From assembly GCA_035512875.1 (NCBI GenBank), contig DATKDD010000085.1, positions 1 through 34,215 on the forward strand: a stretch of 34,215 bases of DNA, read 5' to 3'. The DNA is from Gemmatimonadaceae bacterium. Its GTDB lineage: Bacteria > Gemmatimonadota > Gemmatimonadetes > Gemmatimonadales > Gemmatimonadaceae. How positions within the stretch are numbered: the first letter of the stretch is position 1; each line of letters opens with the position of its first letter. A program made the translations under genes and the position numbers. Below the pieces are notes generated by a model that had not been told where the DNA came from, did no database searches, and saw only the letters and a list, made by a program, of their open reading frames with translations. Below are positions 16,982 to 26,488 of the stretch, in pieces.

Positions 16982-18090
16982 GCGCCGGTCGGGCGATGGA
17001 GCGCGAGACGGAATCGCCTGACGAAACAGCGATCCGCGAACGGGCAGGTACGCTGTCGCTGCGTGGCATGACGCGGCGATTCGGCACCCATGTCGCGGTG
17101 GACGATCTCTCGCTCGACATCGCGCCCGGCGAGCTGATGGCGCTGATCGGGGCGTCAGGCTCGGGAAAGACCACGACACTGCGCATGGTTGCCGGATACG
17201 AGAGCCCGGACGGCGGCCGGATCTTCCTCGATGGGCGCGACATCACGTCTCTTCCGCCGCAGCGAAGGGACTTCGGTATGGTCTTTCAGCACTACGCGCT
17301 CTTTCCGCACATGTCGGTGGGCGAGAATGTCGCGTTCGGGCTCGAGGCCCGTGGAATCCGCCGCGCCGAGCGGCGATCGCGGGCGGAACGTGCCCTTGCC
17401 AACGTCGGGCTCGAGGGGGCGGTCAAGCGGCAGGTGCAATCGCTGTCCGGCGGCGAGCAGCAGCGGGTGGCGCTCGCCCGCGCGCTGGTGATCGAGCCTC
17501 GCGTGCTGTTGCTCGATGAGCCGCTGTCCAATCTCGATCCCACCCTCCGCCGGTCCACTCGCGAGGAGCTCCGCGCGACGCTCCACCGGTTAGGCGTCAC
17601 TTCCCTTTTCGTCACGCACGACCAGGAGGATGCGTTCGCCGTCGCCGACAGGGTGGCGGTCATTCGCCAGGGCAGGCTGCTCCAGGTGGGCCGGGCCGAC
17701 GAGCTGTATGATCGCCCCGCGTCGCGCGCCGTAGCCGAGTTCATTGGACACGCGACGCTCGTGCCCGGGATACTGGCGGGCAGCGAGGTTACCGTGGCAA
17801 TCGGCGGACGCGAGTGGCGGCTGTCGGCGGAAAGGCCGCCGGCAGTGCCTGACGGGAACGTGATGGCGGTTCTTCGCCCCGACGCACTGGCTTTCGCTTC
17901 CCCCGATTCACCGTCCGGGTGGCAGGCCGAGGTGACGGAGCGGCGGTTCGCCGGCGCGCTCATCGCCTATCACGTGAAGCTCTCGGACGGCGTGCATCTG
18001 GAGCTGTACGGTACGGAGCGCGACGTGAGGGTCGGCGACCTGGTGAGCGTACGCGTCGCGCGGGAGCCGGTTGCCGTCGTAGCGCCATGA
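16978..18090 (+). CDS. ABC transporter ATP-binding protein (FbpC/PotA-like, with C-terminal TOBE-like domain)
   Basis: Walker A GASGSGKTT, signature LSGGEQQRVALARAL, Walker B LLLDEP. GTGA overlap with the upstream gene. Confidence 0.9.
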   Translation: MSAGRAMERETESPDETAIRERAGTLSLRGMTRRFGTHVAVDDLSLDIAPGELMALIGASGSGKTTTLRMVAGYESPDGGRIFLDGRDITSLPPQRRDFGMVFQHYALFPHMSVGENVAFGLEARGIRRAERRSRAERALANVGLEGAVKRQVQSLSGGEQQRVALARALVIEPRVLLLDEPLSNLDPTLRRSTREELRATLHRLGVTSLFVTHDQEDAFAVADRVAVIRQGRLLQVGRADELYDRPASRAVAEFIGHATLVPGILAGSEVTVAIGGREWRLSAERPPAVPDGNVMAVLRPDALAFASPDSPSGWQAEVTERRFAGALIAYHVKLSDGVHLELYGTERDVRVGDLVSVRVAREPVAVVAP

Positions 18091-19823
18091 CATCGCGCCG
18101 GGCCGCCCCCACTCCGCATACCGCTACCGGCGTGCCGGCCGTAGTCGGTGACCCACGCGCATGGCGTGGGCTCGGGACCTGGGCACTGGCGTTCCCGGTC
18201 TTTCTGCTGCTCGCCTGGGCGGTGGTGCTTCCGAATGTAACGGTAATTGCCGGCAGCTTTGCCAGCGGACTCGAGCACTGGCGCGAGTTCGTGAACAGCC
18301 CGGCCGATCGTGAGGCACTGTGGTCCACCCTCGTAATATCGTTCTGGTCGGTGTTTGCGGCGGCGGCGATAGGCATTCCGCTGGCATTTCTACTCACACG
18401 CTTCGAGTTTCGTGGTCGTCGGACACTGAGCGCGGTGGCGACGCTTCCAGCGGTGCTGCCGCCGCTGGTGGGCGTGATTGCGTTCCTCTTCCTGTACGGC
18501 GAGACGGGGCTCATCACTCGCGTTGTCCAGATCGTGTTCCGTCTCGAGCAGCCGCCGTGGACACTCACCGGGTTAGGCGCGATCATCTTCGTGCATGCAT
18601 ACACCATGTACGTGTTCGTCTTTCTGTTCGTCGCGGCTGGACTCGAAAGAATGGATACGTCTCTCGACGAGGCGGCGTCGGGGCTCGGGGCATCGCGGGC
18701 GCGCCGCCTGGCGCGCATAACACTCCCGCTGCTCACGCCGTCGATTGCCGGCGCGATGTTGCTCGTTTTCATGAACTCGCTCGGCTCGTTCAGTGCGCCG
18801 TACATCTTCGGCGGCGGGCTGCGCGTGCTGTCGACGCAGATCTTGTCGTCCAAGACCATCGGGGCGATGGGGCTCGCTTACGTCGAGACGACGGTGCTGG
18901 CGGTGAGCGCGGTGCTGGCGTTGATCGTGTTCCGCTGGTTCGAGCGGCGCCGCCGATATGTGATGCCGGGGAAGGGGCGCGCGTCACGAGTCGTCGTGCG
19001 CTCGCGCGTCGCCCGGCTGGCTGGGCCGGTACTCGGCGTTGCGCTGGTGACGACGCTGGTGCTGCCTCACGCGATGGTGGTGCTCATTTCCTTTGCGCGA
19101 GAAGGATCGTGGACCACGCAGATCCTCCCGACGTCGTACACTCTGGACAATTTCCGGCGCCTGGCGACGGATCCGCAGCTCTGGGTACCGATTCGCAACA
19201 GCGTCTCGATGGCAGCCATCGCCACGGTGGCCAACATCATCGTGTGCTTCGCCGCCGCCTACCTGATAGTGCTGCGCAGTTTCCGCGGGAGGCGCCTTCT
19301 GGAGCTGCTGGTGGCGCTCCCATGGGCGATCCCGGCGACGGCGATCGGCATTGGCCTGGTGGCGACGTTCGATCGGAACGATCTGGCGACCGGGAGGGTG
19401 TTGCTCGTCGGGACCTTTGCGATCTTGCCGCTGGCTTACTTCGTGCGCGGCATTCCGCTGGTCGTCACCGCGACCGAAGGATCTCTGAAGCAAATGGATC
19501 CCTCGCTCGAGGACGCTGCACGCGGACTCGGCGCCTCCTGGTGGCTCACCATGCGGCGGGTCGTGCTGCCGGCGGCGCGGCCGGGGCTGGTGGCCGGCGC
19601 AATGCTCGCCGCCGTGATGGCTGTCGGCGAGTTCGTCGCCAGCATCGTGCTCTATACGCGGGCCAACCGCCCGATCTCGATCGAGATCCTCGCGCAACTG
19701 CGCGATCTGTCGTTCGGAACCGCCGCGGCGTACAGCGTGCTGCTGATCGGTCTGACGCTCGTCATCACCCTGTCGGCGCGGTGGCTGGAAGGCCGCGCCA
19801 CCGCCGGCGAACATGCCGCATAA
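18087..19823 (+). CDS. ABC transporter permease, duplicated (two-module, FbpB/ThiP-like)
   Basis: ATG 18087 overlaps the upstream stop (ATGA). About 578 aa with two permease modules, each containing an EAA-like loop (LDEAASGLGASR and LEDAARGLGASW). Confidence 0.88.
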   Translation: MTSRRAAPTPHTATGVPAVVGDPRAWRGLGTWALAFPVFLLLAWAVVLPNVTVIAGSFASGLEHWREFVNSPADREALWSTLVISFWSVFAAAAIGIPLAFLLTRFEFRGRRTLSAVATLPAVLPPLVGVIAFLFLYGETGLITRVVQIVFRLEQPPWTLTGLGAIIFVHAYTMYVFVFLFVAAGLERMDTSLDEAASGLGASRARRLARITLPLLTPSIAGAMLLVFMNSLGSFSAPYIFGGGLRVLSTQILSSKTIGAMGLAYVETTVLAVSAVLALIVFRWFERRRRYVMPGKGRASRVVVRSRVARLAGPVLGVALVTTLVLPHAMVVLISFAREGSWTTQILPTSYTLDNFRRLATDPQLWVPIRNSVSMAAIATVANIIVCFAAAYLIVLRSFRGRRLLELLVALPWAIPATAIGIGLVATFDRNDLATGRVLLVGTFAILPLAYFVRGIPLVVTATEGSLKQMDPSLEDAARGLGASWWLTMRRVVLPAARPGLVAGAMLAAVMAVGEFVASIVLYTRANRPISIEILAQLRDLSFGTAAAYSVLLIGLTLVITLSARWLEGRATAGEHAA

Positions 19824-19829
19824 CGCTAC

Positions 19830-21131
19830 GTGAGCTCGTCACGTGCGGTAACGCCACGAAGCCGGCCCCACGTTGTCGTAATCGGCGGGGGTTTTGGAGG
19901 ATTGTATGCCGCGCGTGCGCTGCGGAACGCGCCGGTGACGGTAACCGTGGTCGATCGAACCAATCACCACCTCTTTCAGCCGCTACTCTACCAGGTCGCT
20001 ACGGCAACGCTGTCGCCAGCCGACATTGCGCAGCCGATCCGGTTCCTGCTGCGCAAGCAGCGTAATGCAGCGGTGATTCTGGCCGAAGTCGACCGGGTTG
20101 ATCCGGACGCCCGCATGGTGCATTTGCTGCACGGTGGCACTCTGCGCTACGACTATCTGATCGTGGCGGCCGGCGCGCGTCACAGTTATTTCGGCAACGG
20201 AGAGTGGGAAGGGCTGGCACCGGGGCTCAAGACTCTCGATGATGCCCTGGAGATCCGCAGGCGATTTCTCGTCGCCTTCGAGATCGCGGAGCAGTGCACG
20301 GATGCGGCGGAACGCCAGGCGTGGCTCACGTTCGTCGTCGTCGGCGGCGGACCGACCGGAGTGGAGTTGGCGGGGATCATGCCCGACATTGCCAAACGGG
20401 GCATGCGAGAAGACTTCCGGAACGCCGATCCGGCGAACATTCGCGTGGTGCTTCTCGAGGGTGGAGCGCGGGTGCTGCCGGCGTTCGGTGAGCGTTCGTC
20501 GGAGCGCGCGCACGAAGACCTCGAGGCGTTAGGTGTGGAGGTGCGTGTGAATGCGATGGTCACCAGGATCGATGCCAAGGGCGTGCACGTGGGGGAGGAG
20601 TTTCTTCCGGCACGAACTGTGTTCTGGGGCGCCGGCAACGCTGCTTCGCCGCTCGCCCGCTCGTTGGGCGCGCCGCTCGACAAGGCCGGACGCGTTCGGG
20701 TAAACAGCGATCTGACCGTTCCCGGCCACACCGAGATTCTGGTCGTCGGTGATCTGGCCGCGGTCGAACAACAGAATGGCCAACTCGTGCCTGGCGTCGC
20801 GCCGGCGGCGATGCAGGAAGGACGCTGGGCCGCGCGGAACATCATCCGCGCCGTGCGCGGCGAGGAAATGCGCCCCTTTCGCTATGTCAACAAGGGAGAC
20901 CTGGCGACCATCGGCCGGGAGCGCGCGGTGGCGGAGTTCGCGAACGGCCGGTTGAAGTTCGGCGGCAGGCTCGCCTGGCTGCTATGGCTGTTCATCCACA
21001 TCATGTATCTGGCTGGCTTCCGAAACCGCGTAATCGTCCTGATGGAGTGGGCGTATGCCTACGTGACATATCGACGCGGCGCACGGATCATCAGATCCGG
21101 CGAGGCGGGGTACCCCGCCGGTCGGACATGA
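19830..21131 (+). CDS. ndh: type II NADH dehydrogenase (NDH-2)
   Basis: Two dinucleotide folds: VVVIGGGFGGLYAA and VVVGGGPTGVELAG. Length 433 aa. GTG start 6 nt after the permease stop. Confidence 0.88.
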   Translation: MSSSRAVTPRSRPHVVVIGGGFGGLYAARALRNAPVTVTVVDRTNHHLFQPLLYQVATATLSPADIAQPIRFLLRKQRNAAVILAEVDRVDPDARMVHLLHGGTLRYDYLIVAAGARHSYFGNGEWEGLAPGLKTLDDALEIRRRFLVAFEIAEQCTDAAERQAWLTFVVVGGGPTGVELAGIMPDIAKRGMREDFRNADPANIRVVLLEGGARVLPAFGERSSERAHEDLEALGVEVRVNAMVTRIDAKGVHVGEEFLPARTVFWGAGNAASPLARSLGAPLDKAGRVRVNSDLTVPGHTEILVVGDLAAVEQQNGQLVPGVAPAAMQEGRWAARNIIRAVRGEEMRPFRYVNKGDLATIGRERAVAEFANGRLKFGGRLAWLLWLFIHIMYLAGFRNRVIVLMEWAYAYVTYRRGARIIRSGEAGYPAGRT

Positions 21132-21189
21132 TGCTTCGCATTCTCGACGGAGCTCACGAAGACGAGAGGAGCTGGAGTGTCTCCGTTGC

Positions 21190-21570
21190 CTACTCCGTGG
21201 GCGGAATCGTCAGCGTGATGACTTCCCCGGGCACCAGCGTGATCTCCTCGGAGATCGGCGCCCGGCTTCCACCAATCGGATCGGCCTGAAAGCGCAGCGA
21301 CCGTACGCCCCCAAGCAGACTGCCCGGAATGCGCAGGGTGGTGACCGAGTTGCCGGTGGCGGTGCCGATCCTCGAACGCATCCCCGACGACTCGACGACG
21401 TAGATCGCCATGTCGGGGAACGCCTGGTTGTCCACGCGCAAAGTTGCGTCCCTGGCGTTAGGAACGGATCTCGCGGCATTGGCCGATATCGTTCCGCTGG
21501 CCGTGCTCGTGCTTGCCTTGGCGCACGCCCCGATCGCCAGCGCCGCCACGATCAATGCAGATAGACGCAT
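21190..21570 (-). CDS. hypothetical small lipoprotein
   Basis: 126 aa, MRLSALIVAALAIGAC (signal plus lipobox). GGAGG lies about 7 nt upstream. No family recognised. Confidence 0.55.
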   Translation of the reverse strand: MRLSALIVAALAIGACAKASTSTASGTISANAARSVPNARDATLRVDNQAFPDMAIYVVESSGMRSRIGTATGNSVTTLRIPGSLLGGVRSLRFQADPIGGSRAPISEEITLVPGEVITLTIPPTE

Positions 21571-21678
21571 GCATACCTCCGATGAAGGCTCGATTTCCAG
21601 GTAGAGCGCGCAGCGAACGTGCCACGGCGCGGAGCCGCAATGACGAGGAAGGACTTCCCTGCGCTGCTTTCCCGGCTT

Positions 21679-22908
21679 CTAATGTCCTGTTTTCTGGTAC
21701 TTTTCCATGCCGCGTCCCAGCAACAGCGTACTCAGCACGAAGATGGCGGAGGTGATGAACGGAACCTTGGCGCCACCGAATTGCTCCCACGCCCAGCCCG
21801 CGTACAACGGGTAGATCACCCTGAGAATGCCACCGTACGTCTGTTGTACTCCCATGTAGACGCCGCGTTCGTGCTCGCCGATCACCTGCGACAGCAGCGC
21901 GGTCACCGCCGGGAACGTGAACGCCGTACCTAACGGGATGAGCGCCACGGTCATCGCCAGTACCGGCAACGTCGTCGTGAAAGGCGTCAGTCCCAGCCCG
22001 AGCGCCAACAGCACCGCGCCCAGACGTACCGTGCGCGGCTCGCCGAGTCTGTCCACCACCCAGCCGAGCAGCCAGATGCGTATGAGGACGCTCAACCCTC
22101 CCATGTAGGCGAAGAAGAATCCGATCGTGCCCACGTCCACGCCGAACTGCTGCTCGAGGAAGAACACCAGATAGGCGGTCACCCCGTAAAAGGCGCCGAT
22201 CGCGACGGCGTAGATCCAGATCAGTCGCGAGGGTGGCTCGTACCAGTGAGCAGCGACGCGAACGACCATCTGCCACGGCGAGCGCGCGGTCTTGGCCTTC
22301 CTTCGCGCATCCACTCCATGCGACTCCATGAGATATCTGGATGCGAAGAACATGTTCACGACTGACAGCGCCGCGGCGAGCAGTCCCGGCGCGGCCGTCC
22401 CCCACCGTGCCGCGGCGGATCCGATCATCGGTCCGAGCACCACGCCGGCATTCGTCGCTGCCGACAACCAGCCTAACGCCTTGGAGCGCTTTCCGGGCTC
22501 CACCGCGTCGGCGACGTACGCCTGGATCACGCCAACCGTTCCGCCGCCGGCGCCCTGGACGATCCGCGACACCAGCAGCAGCCAGAAAGTGTCGGCGAAG
22601 GCGAACACGACATAGGCGACAACCGAGGCTCCGAGTCCTATCAACAGCGTCGGTTTGCGTCCGTAGCGGTCCGATACCCGGCCCCATAGCGGGGCGCTCA
22701 ACAGCTGCGCCGCCGAGAACGACGAAACGAGTACGCCGACCTCGAACTTGCTCGCCCCCAGCGTATCGGCATAGAACGGCAACAGCGGAACGACCATCAA
22801 CGCTCCCACCATGTCGAGGAACGCGGTGGCCATCAGCACGTAGAGCCGGGCCATGCCGTCGTACTTCGGCGCCGGAGGCGGTTCTCTATCGGGGAGCGTC
22901 GAGGTCAC
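21679..22908 (-). CDS. MFS transporter (drug/H+ antiporter-like, 12 TM)
   Basis: 409 aa with MFS motif A (GRVSDRYGRKP) between TM2 and TM3. The start is only 6 nt downstream of the ABC permease stop. Confidence 0.85.
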   Translation of the reverse strand: MTSTLPDREPPPAPKYDGMARLYVLMATAFLDMVGALMVVPLLPFYADTLGASKFEVGVLVSSFSAAQLLSAPLWGRVSDRYGRKPTLLIGLGASVVAYVVFAFADTFWLLLVSRIVQGAGGGTVGVIQAYVADAVEPGKRSKALGWLSAATNAGVVLGPMIGSAAARWGTAAPGLLAAALSVVNMFFASRYLMESHGVDARRKAKTARSPWQMVVRVAAHWYEPPSRLIWIYAVAIGAFYGVTAYLVFFLEQQFGVDVGTIGFFFAYMGGLSVLIRIWLLGWVVDRLGEPRTVRLGAVLLALGLGLTPFTTTLPVLAMTVALIPLGTAFTFPAVTALLSQVIGEHERGVYMGVQQTYGGILRVIYPLYAGWAWEQFGGAKVPFITSAIFVLSTLLLGRGMEKYQKTGH

Positions 22909-22914
22909 ACGGCG

Positions 22915-23796
22915 CTATTCGGCGCGTCCGAGGGCGGCGGGCGGGATGGAGCGGCCGACGAGGCCGGTGAGGGCGACGATAGTCAGGACGTACGGGATCA
23001 TCTGCACGAATTGCGACGGCACAGCCTGTGTTCCCTGGAGCGCTATCTGCAGAGTTTCCGCGCCTGCGAACAGGAAGCAGGCAAGGCCGGCGCGAGCCGG
23101 ATCCCACCGGCCGAAGATCACCGCTGCGAGAGCGATGAACCCGCGGCCCGCGGTCATGTTGTCCGTGAACTGATGCTGGTCGAGCGCGAGATATACTCCC
23201 CCCAGGGACGCGAGTACCCCCGACATGACAACTGCCGCATACCGCACCGGTTTGACCCTGACGCCGACCGACTCGGCCGCGGCGGGGTGCTCACCGACCG
23301 CGCGCACACGCAAACCGAAGGGCGTCCGATACATGACCCACGTCAGAATCGGGACGACCATCAGTCCAGCCATGACGAGCGGATTCTGCAGCGTGGCGAG
23401 GAGTAGCCCGCCTGAACCCGTCGCGGCGGTGAACCCTTCAACCCGCGGCGAGTTGGAGGAACTGTCGAAGGCGAGCTGCAGGCCGAGCCGCGTAAGGCCG
23501 ATCACCAGCAGGTTGATGGCGATTCCGGCGACGATCTGGTCGGCGCGAAACCGGATGCACGCAACTGCGTGCAACAGTCCGAACAGCGCGCCAGCGACTA
23601 CTCCGCACAGAATGCCGAGCCAGGGGTCGCCGGTCATCCAGCTCCCGACGACCGCGGCGAACGCGCCGGTGAGCATGAATCCTTCGAGCGCCAGGCTCAC
23701 GACGCCTGCGCGCTCCGCCAGAGCGCCGCCTGACGCCGCGAACAGATAGGGAATGGCGATGCGGATCATCTGAGCCGCGAGATCGGACGCGTTCAT
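22915..23796 (-). CDS. BMP-family (nucleoside/simple-sugar type) ABC transporter permease 2
   Basis: Trimmed to ATG 23796 (MNASDLAAQMIRIAIPYLFAASGGALAERAGV...), which overlaps the upstream stop by ATGA. The 600-aa ORF in the track runs off-frame through the upstream permease. Confidence 0.85.
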   Translation of the reverse strand: MNASDLAAQMIRIAIPYLFAASGGALAERAGVVSLALEGFMLTGAFAAVVGSWMTGDPWLGILCGVVAGALFGLLHAVACIRFRADQIVAGIAINLLVIGLTRLGLQLAFDSSSNSPRVEGFTAATGSGGLLLATLQNPLVMAGLMVVPILTWVMYRTPFGLRVRAVGEHPAAAESVGVRVKPVRYAAVVMSGVLASLGGVYLALDQHQFTDNMTAGRGFIALAAVIFGRWDPARAGLACFLFAGAETLQIALQGTQAVPSQFVQMIPYVLTIVALTGLVGRSIPPAALGRAE

Positions 23797-24902
23797 GCCG
23801 GCCCTGCCGCCCTGGCGACGCCGGCACGCAGCACGCGGCGGACTTCGGGAACAGCCGCCGCTACGGCGAGTATGACGACGCCTTGCAACACCTCGACGAA
23901 TTGCTTCGGTACGAGCGCGTTTATCGCCAATCCTCCCTGCGACAGCGTAGCGAAGAACAGCGCCGCGAGCACGATTCCCAGAGGGTGATTGCGTCCGACG
24001 AGGGCCACGGCAATGCCCAGGAACCCGAATCCTCCGGCCAGCCCCTCCTCGTAGTAGTGCTTGTATCCGAGGACGAAGTTGATTCCGCCGAGTCCGGCCA
24101 GCGCGCCGGAGAGCGTGAGCGCCCGGATCCACACGCGTCGAACGCGTATGCCGCCGTACTCCGCTGCGTCCGGCTGCAATCCGGTCGCCCTGAGATCGAA
24201 CCCCATGCGCGAGCGGAACAGCATCCACCACATGCCTAACGCCGCGGCGAGCGCTACGATGAGCGTGAAGTTCGCCGCCGAACCGTGGAACGCCGGAACC
24301 AGCGCGGAGAGTCGTGGCACCTTGCCGGCCGCGATCTCGGGTGTGTGCAGCGTCTCGGGCACATTGAGATGTGAGGCAACCACCCAGTTCAGCATTGCCA
24401 GGACGATGAAATTGAGCATGATCGTGACGATCACTTCGTGGGCCCCGAACCGTGCCTTGAGAACGCCGGGAACCCAGCCGGTAGCGCCACCAGCCAACAT
24501 CGCCGCCCCGATGGCGATCGGGACCGCGAGGAGGGCCGAGGTGCCTGACGGGAGCCACAGTCCGGCAATCGCCGCGGCGAACGCGCCAGCCGCGAGCTGC
24601 CCCTCGGCCCCGATGTTGAAGAGCCCCGCGCGCAATCCTATCGCGACAGCGAGCCCGGTGCAGATGAGCGTCGTCGCCTTGTACAGCACCTGGCCGAACC
24701 CGTAGGCGTTGCCCCACGTGCCCTCGAGCAGCAGTCCGAATACCGCCGCCGGCGATTGCCCGAATGCGAGAATCAACAGGTCGCCTGCTACGAGCGCGAT
24801 GAGCAACGCGACCACCGGCGGCAGCAGCGATTCTGCGAGCGCGGTGCTGGCGCGGGTCGCGCGCGAGGGCGCGATCAGAGAAGCCGCCGGAGGGGCCGTC
24901 AT
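23793..24902 (-). CDS. BMP-family ABC transporter permease 1
   Basis: 369 aa, multi-TM, with typical motif LFNIGAEGQ. ATGA overlaps at both ends. Confidence 0.85.
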   Translation of the reverse strand: MTAPPAASLIAPSRATRASTALAESLLPPVVALLIALVAGDLLILAFGQSPAAVFGLLLEGTWGNAYGFGQVLYKATTLICTGLAVAIGLRAGLFNIGAEGQLAAGAFAAAIAGLWLPSGTSALLAVPIAIGAAMLAGGATGWVPGVLKARFGAHEVIVTIMLNFIVLAMLNWVVASHLNVPETLHTPEIAAGKVPRLSALVPAFHGSAANFTLIVALAAALGMWWMLFRSRMGFDLRATGLQPDAAEYGGIRVRRVWIRALTLSGALAGLGGINFVLGYKHYYEEGLAGGFGFLGIAVALVGRNHPLGIVLAALFFATLSQGGLAINALVPKQFVEVLQGVVILAVAAAVPEVRRVLRAGVARAAGPA

Positions 24903-26488
24903 GGCGGCGTGGCGCCCGGCACGCTGGTGGCGCCGGTCATCAGCGCGCCGAGGCGCTCGGTGGTCGCCTCCGCCCGGGGAAGAATTGCCACAAAGGCGCC
25001 TCGGTACATCACCGCTATTCGATCGGCGAGTGCGAGAACCTCGGAGAGCTCAGCGGACACGAGCAGAATCGCTTTTCCCTCCGCCCGCGCCGCCAGCAGC
25101 CGGGAATGGATGAACTCGATCGCACCTACATCGACGCCGCGAGTGGGCTGCGCGGCGAGGAGCACGGAGTAGTCGCGTCCCATTTCACGCGCGATGACTA
25201 TCTTCTGCTGGTTGCCGCCGGAGAGCGCTCGCGCCGGACGGCTCGCGTCAGGCGGCCGTATGTCGAAGGTCCTGACTTGCCTCTCTGCCTGGGCAACGAC
25301 CGCGGCGCGGTCTATCTGCGCGGCGCGCGTGTAGCGGTGCTGCAAGCCGAGCACGAGGTTGTCGGCGACCGGAAAGTCGAGCACCAGCCCGCGCCGCTGC
25401 CGGTCTTCCGGGATGTGCGCCAATCCCCCATCCGTTCGCTCGCGCACCGGCGCGCGAGTAATGTCGCGGTTCCCGAGCATCACGTTGCCTGACGACACCT
25501 CGCGCAACCCGGCCAGGGCCTCGATCAGCTCCGTTTGCCCGTTACCCTCCACACCGGCTACGCCGAGAATCTCCCCCGGCGCAATCGCAAACGTGACCCC
25601 GTCAACCGCTCGCTCATTCCGCAAGGTGCCGACGACCAGATTCTGCACCTCCAACGCGTGCCCGGCTCCCTTCGTTGCGCCGGCCTCCCTCGGTTCCCGA
25701 TCCCCGATTCCCGATCCTCGATGCGCCAGGACCACTTCCCGCCCGACCATCGCGCGGGCGATGTCGGCCGGGGTGGTATCGGCGGTTGCCAGCCGTGCGG
25801 TCGTCTCACCGTGGCGCATAACGGTGATTCGCTCGGAAATGTCCATGACTTCATCGAGCTTGTGCGTGATGAGGATGGTCGTAGCGCCACCATCGCGCAG
25901 GCGGCGGAGCACGCGCCACAGCTCACCGACTTCGGGTGGGGAGAGGACCGCCGTCGGCTCGTCGAGCACCAGAATTCGGGCGCCGCGGATCAGCGTCTTG
26001 AGTATCTCCACTCGCTGCGCTTCGCCGACCGACAGCTCGGCGACTCGCCGCCTCGGATCGACCACCAGCCCGAACTGCTTGCCGAGCGCGATCACCTCCT
26101 CCTGGGCGAGGGCCATGTCGATCGCCCCATAACGCCGAGGTTCCCGGCCCAATACGACGTTTTCGGCGACGGTGAGCGTCGGTACGAGCATGAAATGCTG
26201 GTGCACCATCCCGACTCCGGCGACTATCGCCTGACGAGTACTCCACCCGGTGACGTCGTGCCCATCCACGGCGACCGTTCCCTCATCGGGTTCGTACAAG
26301 CCGGTGAGAACGTGCATCAACGTGGATTTGCCGGCGCCGTTTTCACCTACGATCGCGTGGATCTCCCCCGGCGCAACCTCCAGGCTCGCCCCGCGATTCG
26401 CCACGACGGCCCCGAACCGCATGACGATGCCGGACATGCGCACGGCGAGCGGCGCTAGCTGTGCCGACGCGGCCTGTGCAGCCGTCAT
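24899..26488 (-). CDS. ABC transporter ATP-binding protein with two fused nucleotide-binding domains
   Basis: Walker A GENGAGKST and GVEGNGQTEL. Signatures LSVGEAQRVEI and LSGGNQQK. 529 aa. Confidence 0.9.
   Translation of the reverse strand: MTAAQAASAQLAPLAVRMSGIVMRFGAVVANRGASLEVAPGEIHAIVGENGAGKSTLMHVLTGLYEPDEGTVAVDGHDVTGWSTRQAIVAGVGMVHQHFMLVPTLTVAENVVLGREPRRYGAIDMALAQEEVIALGKQFGLVVDPRRRVAELSVGEAQRVEILKTLIRGARILVLDEPTAVLSPPEVGELWRVLRRLRDGGATTILITHKLDEVMDISERITVMRHGETTARLATADTTPADIARAMVGREVVLAHRGSGIGDREPREAGATKGAGHALEVQNLVVGTLRNERAVDGVTFAIAPGEILGVAGVEGNGQTELIEALAGLREVSSGNVMLGNRDITRAPVRERTDGGLAHIPEDRQRRGLVLDFPVADNLVLGLQHRYTRAAQIDRAAVVAQAERQVRTFDIRPPDASRPARALSGGNQQKIVIAREMGRDYSVLLAAQPTRGVDVGAIEFIHSRLLAARAEGKAILLVSAELSEVLALADRIAVMYRGAFVAILPRAEATTERLGALMTGATSVPGATPP

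Noticed and set aside
18320-20065. 581-aa plus-strand off-frame ORF across the permease and ndh
   Set aside because: It runs through a gene boundary in a frame producing an Arg/Gly/Ala-rich sequence. The alternative frames give a bona fide permease and NDH-2.
21458-22687. 409-aa minus-strand ORF off-frame to the MFS gene
   Set aside because: Same locus and length as the MFS gene, but its translation is Arg/Gly-rich with no TM helices. The 21679-22908 frame has MFS motif A.
22915-24717. 600-aa ORF reported as one protein
   Set aside because: Its N-terminal about 306 aa overlap the upstream permease gene in another frame and look like junk. The internal ATG at 23796 gives a normal permease with ATGA coupling.
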